A DNA stretch of 64,000 bases from Phormidesmis sp. (GTDB lineage Bacteria; Cyanobacteriota; Cyanobacteriia; Leptolyngbyales; Leptolyngbyaceae), in NCBI GenBank assembly GCA_965248535.1, contig CBDFJR010000005.1, positions 1,632,001-1,696,000 of the forward strand, in the 5' to 3' direction. This document shows, piece after piece, positions 53,867 through 63,086 of the stretch; the stretch's first letter is position 1, and each line of letters begins with the position of its first letter. Position numbers and translations under genes: made by a program. The notes beneath the pieces were generated by a model. It was not told where the DNA came from, made no database searches, and worked only from the letters and a program-made list of their open reading frames with translations.

Positions 53867-54721
53867 ATGCCCAAAAAAAGTTCCGATCGTCAGTCTCCCA
53901 ATTCTCAGTCGAGTTCTAGATCTCAATTCTACGATCGGGATAAAATTCTTCAGGGACTCAGTCTGATTTTGCTGATCATCGGCGCAGGGGTGGTGCTGTT
54001 GCCCTTGGGCATTGTGATCCAAACGTCCCTAACCTCAGCCCAAGGCAACTGGTCTCTAGAAAATTATCGGCAGGCCTGGCAGCGCGGCGGTTTTCTGCTG
54101 GCGTTTGCCAATTCGACCTTTGTGGCGCTGGCGGTGACGGCATTGCAGATTTTTACCTCAGCGTTGGCGGGTTATGCGCTGGCTCGGCTGACATTTCGCG
54201 GCAAGCAAGCGCTGTTGCTGATTATTTTGACGACCCTAGTGATTCCGTTTCAGATTTTGGTGATCCCAATTTTTCTGGTGCTGAAATGGGGACATCTGAT
54301 CAACACTTACGGAGCGTTGATTTTGCCCACGGCGGTGAACGGGTTTGGAATTTTTCTGCTGAGGCAGTTTTTTCAGACGATTCCGATCGAGCTTGAAGAA
54401 GCCGCGATGCTCGACGGTGCCGATCGCTTACAAATTCTCTGGCGGGTGATGCTGCCGCTAGCGCGCCCTGCCTTAGTGACCCTATTTTTATTCACGTTTA
54501 TCGGGGAGTGGAATGATCTGTTTAAGCCCCTGGTGTTTACGACGCGCCCAGAATTGCAAACCGTGCAGTTAGCGTTAGCCGGATTTCAAGAACAGTTTAC
54601 CAATGATTGGAAGCTGATGATGGCGGCAGTTGTGATTGCTACGACTCCGGTAATCGGGTTATTTTTGTTGGGCCAGCGGCAGTTAATTCGCGGCATTGCA
54701 ACCACTGGAATCAAGAACTAG
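53867..54721 (+). CDS. carbohydrate ABC transporter permease
   Basis: NS..VAL, AGYALARL, ELEEAAMLDGA EAA motif. Confidence 0.93.
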   Translation: MPKKSSDRQSPNSQSSSRSQFYDRDKILQGLSLILLIIGAGVVLLPLGIVIQTSLTSAQGNWSLENYRQAWQRGGFLLAFANSTFVALAVTALQIFTSALAGYALARLTFRGKQALLLIILTTLVIPFQILVIPIFLVLKWGHLINTYGALILPTAVNGFGIFLLRQFFQTIPIELEEAAMLDGADRLQILWRVMLPLARPALVTLFLFTFIGEWNDLFKPLVFTTRPELQTVQLALAGFQEQFTNDWKLMMAAVVIATTPVIGLFLLGQRQLIRGIATTGIKN

Positions 54722-54745
54722 TGGGTAATGTTGATGCAGAAACCT

Positions 54746-55738
54746 CTATTTAGAAAGATTGGGTTCTACAACATTAGGAAAGCTCTCAAAGTTACGCCGT
54801 ACCCAATCCATTCCCACTTCATTGTTGAGTTTGATTTTCTGAGGTGTATTGGGATAAATTTTGCTCAAAATATCTGCATCTTGATCGACGACGACCTTGC
54901 CGAAGTTCAAATAGGTGTTGCCAAATAGCTTGAAAGCAGGATGCGTGACTTGACCAAACAGCAAAATGTAAGTCCGAGTGCGATTCTCAGCTTCTGGTAC
55001 AAAGATATGACACTGAGCAGCTTTCCCCAACGGCATCTCTGTGCGAAAAATCACTAGGCAAGGGAAGTGATTTTCTAAGTGCGCTTTGAGGAGGCTGGGG
55101 AGCAGGAATAGATCCGGTTTTCTGAGTTTTTCCACCAAACTGTAGGGAGCCGTGGGCATATCATAAAACGCCTGAGACCGATGTCCCTCGTCAATGAATT
55201 GATGAAATTCCACATGGGTGATGCGAAACAACTCCCGATGCGTGCCATTTTGATGATTGTAGTCGTGCATATTCAGCAGCATGGTCAACAGATCGGTCTG
55301 GATGCTGCGATCGGCGGTGTGCCCAACAAAGTAGTAAGTCTTTGCAATTTCATTCAGCACAGTGGGAATCGGAATTTTGGGTTCACAGCCGCCATAAGAC
55401 CAGATAAAATCGCCTTGAATGGTTAATTCTAAAGGTTGCAGTTGAGGTAATGTTTTCTTGCCCGATCCAGGTAAAACGGTGCAGCCCGACGCATCAAACG
55501 CCAAAGCATGAAACGGGCAAGCAACCTGACTTGTGCCATCGCTTTGGACTTCGCACCAGCCCTCTGAGAGCATTGCGCCCATGTGGGGACAGGCATTGGG
55601 TAGAGCCTGAATGGCTCCCGTCCCATCTTTCCACATCACATAGTCAGTGCCGTATAGGGAAATTTTTCGCGGTTGGTTGATGTTCAACATAGATTTGTGC
55701 GCCAACAACCAGGGTGCGCCAGGAAGCATGGACTGCAT
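54746..55738 (-). CDS. Rieske non-heme iron oxygenase alpha subunit
   Basis: CPHMG...CPFH Rieske motif; N-x-H-D-x-x-H-x4-H mononuclear iron site. Confidence 0.92.
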   Translation of the reverse strand: MQSMLPGAPWLLAHKSMLNINQPRKISLYGTDYVMWKDGTGAIQALPNACPHMGAMLSEGWCEVQSDGTSQVACPFHALAFDASGCTVLPGSGKKTLPQLQPLELTIQGDFIWSYGGCEPKIPIPTVLNEIAKTYYFVGHTADRSIQTDLLTMLLNMHDYNHQNGTHRELFRITHVEFHQFIDEGHRSQAFYDMPTAPYSLVEKLRKPDLFLLPSLLKAHLENHFPCLVIFRTEMPLGKAAQCHIFVPEAENRTRTYILLFGQVTHPAFKLFGNTYLNFGKVVVDQDADILSKIYPNTPQKIKLNNEVGMDWVRRNFESFPNVVEPNLSK

Positions 55739-55762
55739 AGGGTTCTCCAGAGGGGATAGAAT

Positions 55763-55807
55763 TGTGAGAAATCCGTCGTGTTTCCACAATATGACAGAAG
55801 ATTCATG
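55763..55807. promoter_or_regulatory. two imperfect palindromes, candidate TetR operators
   Basis: TGTGA-N8-TCGTG and TATGA-N8-TCATG in the short divergent spacer. Confidence 0.45.
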
Positions 55808-56600
55808 TTCGTCAAGCGCCCAGTCCTTCGGTTTGCGTCGCCAGCCCAGACAACAGCGAGGTAAAGAACGGGTTGAAAAAATTCTTGATGCGGCGGCGGC
55901 AGTGTTTGATGAGATTGGGTATGACACGGCGACTACCCATTTGATTGCGGCAAAAGCGGGGACAGCGATCGGGTCTCTCTATCAGTTTTTTCCCGATAAA
56001 GCTGCCATTTTTAATGCGATGGAATTGCGCCACACAGAGCGGGTCAAGATGATGTGGGCCCAGGCAAACACATCTGCTATTGTGCAGTTACCCCTGCGTC
56101 AGATGATCCATGCACTGACGATCGCTGTAGCAGATTTGTTTGCCCAGCCCGTTTCACGAGTCGTGTTTGTGCAGTTCTATACGGCGCGCCAGATCTTTCA
56201 GTCGATCGACGACAGCATGACGCAAGAAGCGATCAATTTTATCGCTAGTCTCTTAATGCAGAGAAATTCGGCTCTCGGCGAACCCCAGTGCAACTTGTTA
56301 GCAGAAGTCTGTGTCCATAGCAGCAATGCGGTGATGTTGGCTGCCTTGCGTAACCCTAATCCGCAGCATCACCATCAGTTGACTGAGCAGATCGAGGATT
56401 TGTTAGTGTCATATTTAGAGCCGCACGTTGGGGACAATCTGTTTGACAATGTAATGAAAGTAATGAAATGTCCCCACTGTCGATCGCAATCAACATCCAA
56501 AAACGGCTATCGTCGAGGAAAGCAGTGTTATCGCTGTAAGGATTGCGGGCGGCAGTTTGTAGAGAGTGGCAATCTAGCTAGGGCAAAAAGTTCTCCATAA
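55791..56600 (+). CDS. TetR family regulator with C-terminal IS1 InsA-like zinc ribbon
   Basis: ILDAAAAVF..GY..TT..IA..AG.AIGSLYQFFPDK HTH; CPHC..KNG....Q.YRCKDCGRQF tail. Confidence 0.9.
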   Translation: MTEDSCSSSAQSFGLRRQPRQQRGKERVEKILDAAAAVFDEIGYDTATTHLIAAKAGTAIGSLYQFFPDKAAIFNAMELRHTERVKMMWAQANTSAIVQLPLRQMIHALTIAVADLFAQPVSRVVFVQFYTARQIFQSIDDSMTQEAINFIASLLMQRNSALGEPQCNLLAEVCVHSSNAVMLAALRNPNPQHHHQLTEQIEDLLVSYLEPHVGDNLFDNVMKVMKCPHCRSQSTSKNGYRRGKQCYRCKDCGRQFVESGNLARAKSSP

Positions 56601-56617
56601 AACTCAAATTTCATCCT

Positions 56618-56860
56618 ATGAGAAAGTTAGGGATTGGCTTGATATTAGTGTCGTTTTTGCCCTGGATTATGGTGGCGGTTTTGCCTTTTTTGGCCCTCTC
56701 GATCGCTCAAAAAGCAGTGCTCATCCCTGTGCTGATCGGCAGTGCTGAGGTGATATTTTGGGTCGGAATTTTGATCGTGGGCAAAGAGGTGGCTGAACGA
56801 TATCGACGCTGGTTGAATCCGCGTTATCTATGGGAGAGGATTCGGCGACGAGATCGCTAA
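56618..56860 (+). CDS. small membrane protein (transporter-suffix-domain type)
   Basis: two TM helices, AEVIFWVGILIVGKE. Confidence 0.8.
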   Translation: MRKLGIGLILVSFLPWIMVAVLPFLALSIAQKAVLIPVLIGSAEVIFWVGILIVGKEVAERYRRWLNPRYLWERIRRRDR

Positions 56861-56875
56861 CTCAATGAGGGTGAA

Positions 56876-57952
56876 TCATTCCCAGGTGCCCACGTCAGAC
56901 GCTTCTTGATCGTCATCTAACTTTAGGCGAATGGTGCGCGAAAAGCCTTCACCTTTGGGGTCACCAAGACAGAACTCGATCGAGTGACTGGTCAATCCAT
57001 CCAAGCAGCTTAATAGCGTTCTCAGATGAGGAGAACTGGCTCCGGTGTCGAGATAAACCCGTTCGGATAGGGTGTTGATGCGCTTCCAAGTCGTGTAGAG
57101 TTTGGCGATCGCTTGCTCTAACTGCGCGGCTTGGCTGACTAATTCTGCGGTGGAATTTAAACAGCCCAGCCGCAGCGCTTCTTCGAGAGCTAGTTCTAAA
57201 TCTAAAGACTCGTTGCTTAAGGCTTGCACTTGAGTAGCCGCTTCTAGATAGCGACTCAAATAGCGGGCCTCTGACGTGACCTGTTTGAGCGTATCAACAT
57301 CGGGATTTTGAGCCACCGTGTCTCTAATTGAGACCTGATGAGACTGAGGAAGTTTTTCTAACTGCCGGACTAGCGGCGCTAAATAGCGAGTCGGAATCGT
57401 TTGATCGGCCGCTTTTTCGCGCACTTCGACAGGCAGCAGATCTGAGGTCATGGCAGTCCAGTCATCAGAGAGTTGCCGAACTTCTCGCCGCGTGATGCGA
57501 TCGCCCTTTCTCGCCGTGTCGCCAATCATCTGCTGCACTTCAGGCGCGGCTTGAGCCGTCTCGACAAACGCCCGCTTAGTAAACTGATTTACGTCTTCAG
57601 GCTCTAAGCAGCCGCTCTCAAGCAGCGTGTCGGCACTGTTGGCTAACTCGATCAGGTTATAAGCCTGACTTTTGCTGATTTCGCGATCTTTAAGCCAGTT
57701 GAGAAACCCAACACCTCGACCTTCGCCGCGCTTTTTTTCACGATCGCGCACCGTTTTGAGAATGCGCCCGCGCCAGATATCGGTTTGCAAATCAAAGCGA
57801 TCGCACACCTGCCACGCCGTCTCAATCTGCTGCTGAAAGTCAAGATCTAAAATCTTCTCGTCTTCGGGGTCGGGTAGCTGAAAACCGAGATCTAAAAATG
57901 GCTCTGAGGCAGATGGGGCAAGATTTGTCAGAGATTGAGGCGCTTGAACCAT
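56876..57952 (-). CDS. hypothetical protein
   Basis: 358-aa ORF, WQVCDRFDLQTDIWRGRIL motif, helical. Confidence 0.85.
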   Translation of the reverse strand: MVQAPQSLTNLAPSASEPFLDLGFQLPDPEDEKILDLDFQQQIETAWQVCDRFDLQTDIWRGRILKTVRDREKKRGEGRGVGFLNWLKDREISKSQAYNLIELANSADTLLESGCLEPEDVNQFTKRAFVETAQAAPEVQQMIGDTARKGDRITRREVRQLSDDWTAMTSDLLPVEVREKAADQTIPTRYLAPLVRQLEKLPQSHQVSIRDTVAQNPDVDTLKQVTSEARYLSRYLEAATQVQALSNESLDLELALEEALRLGCLNSTAELVSQAAQLEQAIAKLYTTWKRINTLSERVYLDTGASSPHLRTLLSCLDGLTSHSIEFCLGDPKGEGFSRTIRLKLDDDQEASDVGTWE

Positions 57953-57979
57953 CGGGACGTTTTAATAACAGCCGAACTA

Positions 57980-58453
57980 TTATTGCACGATCGCTTTCCA
58001 CACTAGCCCGATCACAAAAACGCTTAAAGCTGCAATGCTAACAACTAACAATAAAAATCCGAACAGCAATAGCAGTACAAATCCTTGGTCAGCTTTTTTC
58101 TGATGTTGGGGTGAATCGAGATGCGCTTCTAACAATCGCACATTTTTGCTGTTGGCTTTCCAGGTGACATCTAACAAATCTCCGGCAACCGGAACAGAAC
58201 CCGCTACTGTGTCGAAGACTAAATTAGACACCATCCGCGTCACGGTCGATCGGGGCAACCCCAGTCGAGCCGCTTCCCACACAATGTAGACCGAAAACGC
58301 CGCCATGACTAAATCTCCGCCACCGGGAAGCAAGCCCACGATCGGGTCAATTCCGACTCTAAACGAGGTGCCAGGAATGGCGATCGCGTTGTCTAAAAGA
58401 TGAGCCAGCGATCGTAGTCGTTGCAGTGAAGCCGCTTTAGAATCGGGTTGCAT
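57980..58453 (-). CDS. DUF4112 domain protein
   Basis: LLDNAIAIPGT.FRVGIDPIVGLLP, GD.LDV.WKAN. Confidence 0.92.
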   Translation of the reverse strand: MQPDSKAASLQRLRSLAHLLDNAIAIPGTSFRVGIDPIVGLLPGGGDLVMAAFSVYIVWEAARLGLPRSTVTRMVSNLVFDTVAGSVPVAGDLLDVTWKANSKNVRLLEAHLDSPQHQKKADQGFVLLLLFGFLLLVVSIAALSVFVIGLVWKAIVQ

Positions 58454-58616
58454 AGATGCTCAAAAAACAAGTCGCTCTCAGCATAGAGGAAGTTAGAGCG
58501 ATCGGGCAGTTTGATATTAGAATCTATCCCTGAATTGCATTATTTACTTGATTTAGACCTGCTCTGAAAATCCATCTTCAAAGCAGATCTATTGACGACT
58601 CCCTAACCCCAACTCC

Positions 58617-58988
58617 CTACAGTTGAATGGTTGTTTTGTTGGATACCTCCTCTACTTGAATTAACGAACCACTACCCAGAACAATGTTGAACTTCATTAA
58701 AGAACGTTCAACCTGATAACCAGGCAACACTCGAACAATCTGATACTCTGTGGTCAAATCACTCGTGCCATCCCACTTGAGAAACGCCAGTTGATTAGAC
58801 GCAATCTCACTCAGTTCTGAGACGAACTCTTCAATGCTATCGCTAACATTCACGAGAATGCCAGACGGCACAAAGAGATAACGCTCTTGTAAATCCAAAA
58901 CCACACTCACCCGATAACGCTTTTCGATTGAGCATCGCAACTCAACCGTAAACGAAATCGAGCTAGGCACGATCGTCCTAACTGCCAT
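58617..58988 (-). CDS. orphan hypothetical protein
   Basis: 123-aa ORF, ATG with GAGG RBS; no family recognised. Confidence 0.6.
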   Translation of the reverse strand: MAVRTIVPSSISFTVELRCSIEKRYRVSVVLDLQERYLFVPSGILVNVSDSIEEFVSELSEIASNQLAFLKWDGTSDLTTEYQIVRVLPGYQVERSLMKFNIVLGSGSLIQVEEVSNKTTIQL

Positions 58989-59443
58989 AGTTTTTGTCCT
59001 CTTAGTTAAGTTAAAGAGGACAAAAACTCTGATGGCTCAGAAATTCGGTTGGGGTGAAACCTGTATGCAGGATCTTGATTCCAGCCTTTCAAGATCCCAT
59101 AGCAAAGCCGACGGTGTACAATCATGAACGCCTCCTGAGTTACTGACTCTAACTAGGGATGGAAGACCTCGGAGTCTGATTTGGACGATCAGGCTTCGGG
59201 GCACAACTCCATCACTGCGGTGTATTCTACAGGAGTTTTTTGATTTTTGGAATAGTGAGGTTTTTGGGGGAGGGAAGCGATCGGGTTTTGGGGAAGAGAG
59301 GGGAGCGATCGTAAATTCTCCCTGATTTATGTTCCAGTCGAGCAACGGCAGGGATGCGATCGACTCAGCGCCATGACTGATTCATCGGGACGAGACAATT
59401 TACTTTTGGCTCCCTTAGAATCGAAAAACCTGAGTGCCATTCC

Positions 59444-59602
59444 GTATAATTACCCGAAAGTGGAGAGTTATCCTGTGAGAATTCAGGATGATTCCTAAAA
59501 AAATGGGAGTTATCCGGTTTCCATACGGCATAATTTCTCTGAGAGAGGCATTTATCCTGTTTGATAGGAGTTCAAACGGCAGAAATAGTTAGACCGTTAT
59601 GC
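59444..59602 (+). mobile_element. long, atypical attC-like site
   Basis: R''-like GTATAAT (59444), second GCATAAT near 59529, R' GTTATGC (59596); weak internal complementarity. Confidence 0.4.
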
Positions 59603-60151
59603 ACACCATTTGATGCAGTATCTCCGACAAGCATAATTTGCTCAATTCGGATATTTCTTCGATCACGAGTTGCTTGACTGCAAAGCCTAGAGTTGAACCA
59701 ACCGAACATTCCTCAACGGCATCTCACTTTCTATTGAGCAAACGGAAGGATTCAACTTGTAAAGGTCAGTGGTGAACTTGGCTGGCAAGAGCAGTCATAA
59801 ATTTGAAAGAAGCATTCGCAAAGCTGATGTGACAGCGATCGCTACGCCGACTTATCATTTGGTCAAATTACGCATTTGTAGCTTATAACTTGTCCAAGCA
59901 AAGATACTTCAGAAAATTTCTTAGAGAAGTGACCAAATTTATTCCTATTAAGGAATTAACGTAGGTGACGGGTCGCATAGGATTTCTGAAAGCGGTGCTC
60001 CGTCAGTTACAACTTTAGCGCGAATGCCGAGTTCTTCGATTTATCTGTGGCTTATTGAGATGGCTGAGTTCCTGTGCTTAATAATGAATTGGCAATGAAA
60101 CTCTGGCGAAGCTTGCGAAGCATAGATGCGGTTGATGGTTTGTCGAGCAAC

Positions 60152-60221
60152 GCATAACAAAACCCCAATGCGTTAGAGCCGGAGACCGATGCGAGAGGGT
60201 TTCAATTACGAGCGTTATTGC
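60152..60221 (+). mobile_element. degenerate attC-like site
   Basis: R'' GCATAAC followed by AA; AAACCC/GGGTTT arms; GTTATTG at 60214. Confidence 0.45.
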
Positions 60222-60985
60222 TAAAATTTTCACTACTTTCATCTCCAATTGACTTCTCAGTCGAAAACAGTAATCTTGGATTAAGAGGGGAGCTTAGAGA
60301 TAATATGTCGCCGCTAACCTTTGGTACACTCTTGAACTATCTGTTAGTTGCCGCCAGCCCGAGATACTTTAGTTGATATAATCAATTACTTCGGTCTTTT
60401 AGAGCGCTTTTATCTTAATTACCAGTCAAGCATGAACAGCTTTTAGACAACGCTCAATCCGAAACGGGAAGATGTAATCAACGGTGCAGCAGACATAATC
60501 GAAATTGCAACTCAAGATCAGAGACTCAGAACGGTTTTCAATTCCATCTATAATTTTGAATTAAGTTGCCATTTCATCCATACGCACATTGTAAGAGAGA
60601 ATTTTATGATTGATAGTCGTAGTTCGCGCCGACTTATCTATGCTTACGACGGGTCGATGAGATTTATGACAAGTGCGTCCTCAAGTTGAGGAAGGCAATC
60701 ACAGGCACCGATCGTGGCGAGATCATTGAAACCGGAATTGACGATAGATGGTGGCAGTCTTCGTTGATGCTCAGCCTTGGGTGATTCGGTGGGAGGTGAC
60801 AGGTAGCCGCAGCTTGAGGAAGCTTCCGCAATGAGGATTTAAATCCGTCCGCGAATCGCCGAGTTCTTCTATCCTTCTTTCATCATTATGAGATGCACTT
60901 GGCTTTGGCATTCTGCTGACTGTCGAAGCGTTGGGCGCGAAGCGAGGGTTCGGTTGAACTGTACAAAGACGAGCAACGCAGAACA

Positions 60986-61091
60986 AGATAACAACCCGAT
61001 TGGATGGCGGCTTCACTGTTGAGTCAGTTGATCTGGGTCGAGGCTGCAAAAATCAGACGGTTTACAAAGCCGCTCAATCGGAACGTTAGGT
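60986..61091 (+). mobile_element. integron attC site
   Basis: ATAAC-AA-CCCGATTG...GCGGCT // AGCCGCTCAATCGG-AAC-GTTAGGT. Confidence 0.8.
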
Positions 61092-61181
61092 CGCTTGTCT
61101 TCTTACTAAGGCATTCAATGAGGCTATGCATAGCTCTGCCATTTCATTTTCAAAGTTGACGTTTAGATAGGTGCAGGGTCT

Positions 61182-61706
61182 ATGAGATGTCCTAAGTGTG
61201 GTTATGATAATTCGCCTGAAGGTACACAGGATGGTAAATGTGACGAGTGCGGGCATCCTCTGTTTGCTGAAGGTGAGAGTTTAAGTCCTCAAACTAATGA
61301 TTCAATCGGCGACAGCATAGTTAGTGCTTCCACTGGTAAGCGAATTGTTAATTTTATCGGAGATCTAATGATTTCTAGATTTATCGTAGTGGCACTATAT
61401 ATGGTTCCCGCTAATTCAGGGGGCATAAGTTCTTCAGTAAAAGAGCCGGGTGGAAATTTTTTGTTCAATATTCTCATATTATTTTTGTATTATTTCTTAT
61501 GTGAAGCAAGATTTCAACGGACACCAGTGAAATTTATTACGCGGACAAAAGTCGTTATGAAAGATGGTTCAAAGCCTAGTGAAGGTTCAATAGCGTTAAG
61601 AACACTCATCAGGTTTGTGCCATTCATAATCTTTTCCATGTCTTCCTACGGGACTTGGTGGCATGATCAATGGACAAATACCCGTGTGGTAGACAGTAAA
61701 GGATAG
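61182..61706 (+). CDS. RDD family membrane protein with N-terminal zinc ribbon (gene cassette)
   Basis: CPKC..CDECG; ASTGKRIVNFIGD, YYFLCEA..QRTP.K, LRTLIR, WHD; flanked by attC sites; AT-rich. Confidence 0.85.
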   Translation: MRCPKCGYDNSPEGTQDGKCDECGHPLFAEGESLSPQTNDSIGDSIVSASTGKRIVNFIGDLMISRFIVVALYMVPANSGGISSSVKEPGGNFLFNILILFLYYFLCEARFQRTPVKFITRTKVVMKDGSKPSEGSIALRTLIRFVPFIIFSMSSYGTWWHDQWTNTRVVDSKG

Positions 61707-61757
61707 GAAAACGGATTGGTGTAAAGTTGAGAGTCCTGGTCTGAGTATGTTGTCGCG

Positions 61758-61843
61758 GTCTGACAACCGCACTGCACCGGAATGTATGATACGGTCGGTT
61801 AATTGCAAAGGTAATCTGCATCCGGTGAGCGCGAACGTTATGC
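61758..61843 (+). mobile_element. integron attC site
   Basis: GTCTGAC-AAC-CGCACT(g)CACCGGA(a)TG // CATCCGGTGAGCGCG-AAC-GTTATGC with two extrahelical bases. Confidence 0.8.
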
Positions 61844-61910
61844 CGCTTATATCGTCCAGGGGCATTGCTGATTTCCAAAATCTAGAAAATTATTAGCAGG
61901 AGAAGAGTTC

Positions 61911-62147
61911 ATGTCATCTTTCAAGCTTGAATCTATGAAAAATGGGGATAACTTGTCCTTAACTAGCACAATGATGTATCCAGGAGTCACAGATCTTCAT
62001 GTTCACAAACACGAAAAAGGTCTGACGCTTACCATGGTGTACAAAGGTGAGAAGGAACACCTTCCACTTGATAGATACATGCCAGCAGCAGAGTCTAAAG
62101 AAACTGTTGACCATATGTACAAGAAACTTCAACAAAAGTACGGCTAA
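61911..62147 (+). CDS. orphan 78-aa protein (cassette cargo)
   Basis: ATG with AGGAG RBS shortly after an attC R' site. Confidence 0.7.
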   Translation: MSSFKLESMKNGDNLSLTSTMMYPGVTDLHVHKHEKGLTLTMVYKGEKEHLPLDRYMPAAESKETVDHMYKKLQQKYG

Positions 62148-62282
62148 GTTCTTTTTTCATTCCAAGACTTGGAGAGGTGTGATCGCCCTATCAAGAGTAA
62201 TTGCCCCTCTAACAATCGTTCACCAAACTTTAGATTTGCTCAAAATCAAATCGGTGTAGCCAGTGGTACAATCATACCCATT

Positions 62283-63065
62283 ATGTATGACGATACCTGC
62301 CGATTCCTTGCCGAGCACTTCTCCGCCGACTTTGCCAGTTGGCTGCTGGGAAAATCTGTCACCTTGACAGAACTTCAGCCCTCCGAACTCTCCCTTGACC
62401 CAATTCGCGCCGATGCCCTGATTTTCCTAGAGTCGGACGAAGAAACTTTGCATATCGAGTTTCAAACGCTTCCCAAAGATAATATTCCATTCCGTATTCT
62501 AGATTATCGTGTGCGAGGCTACCGGAGAGATCCGACTAAACCGATGCGCCAAATTGTAATTTATCTGAAGCAGACTGCATCGCCGTTGGTTTATCAAACC
62601 AGTTTTACAATGGAGCGCACCTGCCATGAGTTTGAGGTGATTCGCTTGTGGGAGCAGCCTGCATCACTCTTTCTAGAATATCCTGGACTGATTCCTTTTG
62701 CGGCTTTAGGGCAAAGTGCAGATGCAGAGGAAACGCTACGCCAAGCCGCTCAAAGAGTGGATCAGATCACTGATCCCCAAATTCAAGCGAATCTGATGGC
62801 GGCATCCGGGATTTTAGCTGGGTTAAAATTAGAACAGGAAGTAATTTATCGTTTATTGCGGAGGGACATCATGCAAGAATCCACTGTTTATCGTTCGATC
62901 CTGGCAGAAGGTGAGACAAAAGGCGAAGAAAAAAAACAGCGAGAGATTGCCACTAATTTTTTACGAGATGGTTTATCGGTCGAAACTGTTGCCCGTGGTA
63001 CAGGGTTATCGATCGAGGAAGTTCAACAGCTTCAGCAGCAATTGAACGAGTCTCCGCAAAATTAG
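62283..63065 (+). CDS. Rpn family recombination-promoting nuclease/putative transposase (PD-(D/E)XK)
   Basis: YDDTCRFLAE, IRADALIFL...LHIEFQT, RILDY, IRLWE, MQESTVY; C-terminal IA.NFL..GLS.E.VA..TGLS.EEV. Confidence 0.9.
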   Translation: MYDDTCRFLAEHFSADFASWLLGKSVTLTELQPSELSLDPIRADALIFLESDEETLHIEFQTLPKDNIPFRILDYRVRGYRRDPTKPMRQIVIYLKQTASPLVYQTSFTMERTCHEFEVIRLWEQPASLFLEYPGLIPFAALGQSADAEETLRQAAQRVDQITDPQIQANLMAASGILAGLKLEQEVIYRLLRRDIMQESTVYRSILAEGETKGEEKKQREIATNFLRDGLSVETVARGTGLSIEEVQQLQQQLNESPQN

Positions 63066-63086
63066 GGCTGGTCGGTGTAGTGAGCG

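Noticed and set aside
56465..56600. IS1 element
   Set aside because: Only the zinc ribbon is present, in frame with TetR; no InsB/DDE domain or terminal repeats.
59036..59140. c-di-GMP-I riboswitch
   Set aside because: GAAACC and GCAAAGCC fragments are present, but order and pairing do not fit the consensus and orientation is opposite to the nearby ORF.
59037..59345. 102-aa ORF
   Set aside because: TTG start, low-complexity sequence running through hairpins and HIP1-like repeats; likely spurious.
58454..59443. integron integrase or attI upstream of the array
   Set aside because: No tyrosine-recombinase motifs in any listed ORF and no recognisable attI.
60312..60349. additional attC (CGCTAAC...GTTAGTT)
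   Set aside because: Too short and no L''/L' complementary arms.
60771..61049. 92-aa minus-strand ORF
   Set aside because: Overlaps an attC site and the non-coding repeat; no protein-like features.
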